In this document: in pieces, positions 60,747 through 64,000 of the stretch
Layout: every line of letters begins with the position of its first letter
Position numbering within the stretch: the first letter of the stretch is position 1
DNA from: Cyanidioschyzon merolae
Taxonomy: Eukaryota
Length of the DNA stretch: 64,000 nt
Assembly (NCBI GenBank): GCA_000091205.1
Contig: AP006485.2
Reading direction: 5' to 3' (one strand)
Made by a program: the position numbers and the translations under genes
Notes under the pieces: generated by a model
Seen by the model: the letters and a program-made list of their open reading frames with translations, nothing else
What the model was told of the DNA's origin: nothing
The model's database searches: none

Positions 60747-62637
60747 CCCAGGCAAAGTTCTCATCTGGTCCGTGATTGCGATCGGAGGGCAGCGCAAACG
60801 CGAGCACGCCGATAGGAATCGCTGTGGATCGGTTCGTGACGCGAGCGACATAACGTTTCCCGTGGGTCTGCAACAAGCTCAACGCTGGAATGCTGGCTCC
60901 TGAGTACACTGGGACCACGCTGGAGCCGTACGCTGCGAGCAGCGTTGCTCGCACCAGGGATACCAGCGCGCTCTCCGGATCCGATACAAATGGTTCAGCA
61001 AAGAAGGAGAGGTTCTGGCACCTGCATCGCAAGCCGCGATCTTCGAGATGCTGCTGCGCGTAGCGCTGGACGTGATCGCAGAGCGCGATGGCGATGCCTC
61101 GGGCATCCTGTCCCGGCACCAGACGCATGAGGATTTTGGCTGTCGCTCGTGCGGGGATCGCGCCACGAATCCCTTCGCCAACGTAGCCGCCGCCAATACC
61201 GACGATTTCCAGCGTTGGACGGAACCATAGGCGCGCGAGATAACTTGGAAAGAGCGCGTGCTCGCCGCCGCCCAGCGTCGAGAGACCCAGAGATTGCGCA
61301 GCAGCTTTTTCTGATGGTAGCTTGCGTTTTGCCCCCTGCAGAGCTGCTGCGTAGATCGGCGGCAGGCTGGACATGTTCGAATACGGAATGCCGTTGTAGA
61401 AACCAGCGATCCGCGCCGCTCCGGTTTCGGAATCGTGCAGTGATGCCACGAGCCCTGCGATACCCTGCAGCGGGTTTGCGACAGCGCCACCCCACTGGCC
61501 AGAGTGTACGTCGTTTTGCGGCCCGTGGACATCGATCTGAAACGCCGCAGCACCTCGCATACCGAGAAGCAACGCACCGGTGCGTTCATCGACCTGGCCT
61601 CCGTCCACGGACACGATGAAGTCCAGCACCTTGCCAGGGCAAGCATCAGCTGATTGGTTGCCGCATGGCATGCCAAAGAGGAAATCTGCATGATCTTCGA
61701 GGAGGCGTTCAAAGCCCGGGCTGCCGGTCTCCTCCTCGCCTTCGAACAACAACTTGACAACGAGAGGAGGTGCTTCATCTTCACCTGATAGATGCCGGCG
61801 CAGTATCGTAAGTGCTGTTAGAAGCGTCACCACACCCGCCTTGTCGTCGCTCGCACCACGCGCATAGATGCGTCCGTCTAACTCCGCGGGCTGGAAAGCG
61901 TCTGCAGTCGTCGTCCAGCCGTCCTCACGGGCGTCGGCCGGTTGCACATCGTAGTGACCGTAAAAGAGGACACCTCGTGCTGGCAGCGCTCCAGAGCTCC
62001 GCGACTGCAGCACTTCGTGAAGCGCGTGCTCGCGTCCAAAGGTGCACTGGGCAAGCAACGCAGGACGCCGTCCGTGCCGCTCGACCACGTGGACCACTTC
62101 ACAGCCTACGTCGTTCTGAGCGATGCCTCGTAGGCGTTCGACACAAGCCCGAAACTCAGCTTCGTTCCCCAGCTGACTCGACACGGTTCGGTAGCGCACG
62201 AGTTCGCGTAACCAGTCACGAAAACGCTCCCGATCGGCGTTGTAGTCGAGCACTGCCTGCCGAAGAGCACGCACGGCATGAACCGACAGAGTCTCCCCGA
62301 CCCGCACCCGCCCCAGGTGTACGACATAATACCAGGCACTGAGCCCTGATAAAACGCTCAGGCTTATCAGGAATAAAAGTCTCCACTGGTTCATGTGCGG
62401 CGTCCTGTGCTTTACAAAAGCGCATAGAGTCAGGCGCGTACACAGCATCGTAATTGTGCTATGGAGACGGACTAGGATGATGGAAAGAACGTCTATAGTT
62501 ATATAGGTTTTTACAGATCGATGCGACGACCTGGGGATTCCCCGAATTTCTCCCGGTCTTGGATTGTCGGTATGGACCAGTGGATGCCCGACTACCAGCG
62601 ACACCCTGATGAGTGCGCGTCCCTGATCGAGCCGCAT
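60631..62637 (-). CDS. M20A metallopeptidase, cytosolic non-specific / Cys-Gly dipeptidase (CNDP2/Dug1)-like, with an N-terminal hydrophobic anchor; the true start is probably the Met of 'MNQWRLLFLISLSVL' near 62394
   Basis: 'LFYGHYDVQPA', 'DGRIYARGASDDKAGVV' and 'LFEGEEETGSPGF' match the M20 dipeptidase metal-binding and catalytic motifs. Its 3' end overlaps the convergent RluA gene by about 115 bp. Confidence 0.8.
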   Translation of the reverse strand: MRLDQGRALIRVSLVVGHPLVHTDNPRPGEIRGIPRSSHRSVKTYITIDVLSIILVRLHSTITMLCTRLTLCAFVKHRTPHMNQWRLLFLISLSVLSGLSAWYYVVHLGRVRVGETLSVHAVRALRQAVLDYNADRERFRDWLRELVRYRTVSSQLGNEAEFRACVERLRGIAQNDVGCEVVHVVERHGRRPALLAQCTFGREHALHEVLQSRSSGALPARGVLFYGHYDVQPADAREDGWTTTADAFQPAELDGRIYARGASDDKAGVVTLLTALTILRRHLSGEDEAPPLVVKLLFEGEEETGSPGFERLLEDHADFLFGMPCGNQSADACPGKVLDFIVSVDGGQVDERTGALLLGMRGAAAFQIDVHGPQNDVHSGQWGGAVANPLQGIAGLVASLHDSETGAARIAGFYNGIPYSNMSSLPPIYAAALQGAKRKLPSEKAAAQSLGLSTLGGGEHALFPSYLARLWFRPTLEIVGIGGGYVGEGIRGAIPARATAKILMRLVPGQDARGIAIALCDHVQRYAQQHLEDRGLRCRCQNLSFFAEPFVSDPESALVSLVRATLLAAYGSSVVPVYSGASIPALSLLQTHGKRYVARVTNRSTAIPIGVLAFALPSDRNHGPDENFAWARFDRAVHCYLHLLLSVLEAPQSTAPLPSAPAIVSRNI

Positions 62638-63662
62638 GCTAGACGGGCACAGAAGCTTATGCTCGATTCCTGGGTATGTTTTTGCAACTGGTGCCGGTCC
62701 GTAAGATCATCGGTTTCTGCTGGGCGATCCCGAAGCCGAGTACGCTGTCTGCGACACACGCAAGTGCACGCTGTTGCATTTGGTAGAGGACTCGTTGAAA
62801 GTGATATTTCCGTGACGAAACAAGTACAAGAAGCAAACTCGAACCTGGAGAACACGTCGAAAAACTTCCACACGACAACGCTCTCTTTATGCGACCCGAT
62901 GACGCACGCTTCGATGGATGTGATCGCTGTGATGATTCGAGTCCAAGATCGTTTTCCATGCAAAAAGCAGAGACGAGAACCTCTGGGAATATATCCCAGT
63001 AGAGGTATCGTGTTGCTGCGGAATGCTGCTTCTTCATTCGGTACAAAGTGCGGAAAATTTGCGTCTCGATCCAAATGAATGATTTCGCATGACGAATTCA
63101 GTGGTCTGTCGTCATGGGCGTATGAACAAGTCTTCGAAGGATGAATTCGAAGTCTCTATTCGTCAATACAGCGGCACGAGCTGCTGTGCAAGTGAGCTGC
63201 ATTGAAACTGAGCGAGCGAAAACATGAAGGATGCGTCACTTGTGCTTCCTACTTATAAGGAAATGCACAGAGAGAAGACCTGCATGCATGAACTGGATAA
63301 TGCTTCATGTTATTGTAGAGACGCCTGCTCGATGACGCCGCGAATCACCCTGACTACGATCACGTATCGAATTCCAGCGGCATAGCGCCAAACGATCCAT
63401 TCTGAGAAGACGACCACGAGTCCTAGAGTTACACATAAATCCATCATCACTTGTTGCAGCACTTTGAGCAGCGATCCTGTACATTTAAAATTGAACGTAA
63501 AAAGCGATAGGTAGGAAGATAGCTAGCGTTTCCGTGTTGATCACACACGGTTTTGGTGAAGCGCCCAGGCTCGCCGTCCAGCGCCGACGCCGACCCGCCA
63601 CGTGCGCACGCGAAGCCAACATGACATCGTTTTGAACGACGAAAACGTGTCGGAGAGTGCAG

Positions 63663-63699
63663 GTGAGTGAGTGAGTGAGTGTGTGTGTGTGTGTGTGTG
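63663..63699. repeat. (GAGT)n followed by (GT)n microsatellite
   Basis: 'gagtgagtgagtgagtgtgtgtgtgtgtgtgtgtgg'. Confidence 0.9.
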
Positions 63700-64000
63700 G
63701 TTTCCTGAGCACCTCGTTGTCTGTTGTTGTGGGAAAACGTCGATCAGTTCAAGATAAGCGACACATGTTGCGTTGACGTGGACAGAAGTCGTGAACGCCA
63801 ATGTCATGGAGCAGGGTGGGTCGCGTGGTGCTGGGCTTTGCGCTTGGTGGCGCGCTGGCCACGGCCTGGGGCAGCACCAGCTCCTCTGTTGACGCGTACA
63901 AGCGCACACTCCGTCCGCTGCTGTTTCGACTCGAGCCAGAACACGCTCACGATCTGGCGCTTTGGGCGCTATCACACGGTCTAGTGGCCTGGTGGTGCCG

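Overview
This looks like GC-rich, intron-poor eukaryotic nuclear DNA from a protist or alga. The ORF track reports alternative start codons (TTG/GTG/CTG as M), so CDS starts below are approximate. Long, mostly single-exon housekeeping genes are interleaved with three families of dispersed repeats. The clearest genes are a peroxisomal ABCD half-transporter, RPN11, IMP3, pyruvate kinase, ERO1, an NT5C2-like 5'-nucleotidase, a PDCD2-like protein, an RluA-type pseudouridine synthase, an M20 dipeptidase, an HIBCH-like hydrolase, a VAMP7-like longin R-SNARE and a Sec1/Munc18 protein. The main result is a two-ORF mobile element present in three full copies (~1.1-3.4 kb, ~6.9-9.7 kb, ~15.6-18.1 kb) plus a 3' fragment at ~32.6 kb. 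ORF-B of that element is a TnpB/Fanzor-type RuvC nuclease of about 413 aa: RuvC-I '[13 protein letters not shown]', RuvC-II '[10 protein letters not shown]', a degenerate Zn finger, and RuvC-III '[10 protein letters not shown]'. ORF-A is a ~200-aa companion with no recognisable motifs, and all copies share a ~130-nt non-coding 3' tail that is a candidate omega-RNA. A second, shorter TnpB-derived family ('C..C...C...RDLNATINI') has two ~0.9-kb copies flanking RPN11 as direct repeats and a fragment at ~53.4 kb. A third, non-coding ~0.5-kb repeat family has three copies. Other notable loci are: two tandem paralogs of secreted Kelch-(TP)n-Hint (Hedgehog-type 'Hog') proteins, one carrying in-frame TAG stops; a multi-trefoil secreted glycoprotein; a Sec1/Munc18 ORF with an in-frame N-terminal signal peptide, mucin-like region and TM segment, transcribed divergently from the VAMP7-like SNARE; a BCCP-like domain lacking the biotinyl lysine; and two very regular tandem arrays of 16 bp and 72 bp.
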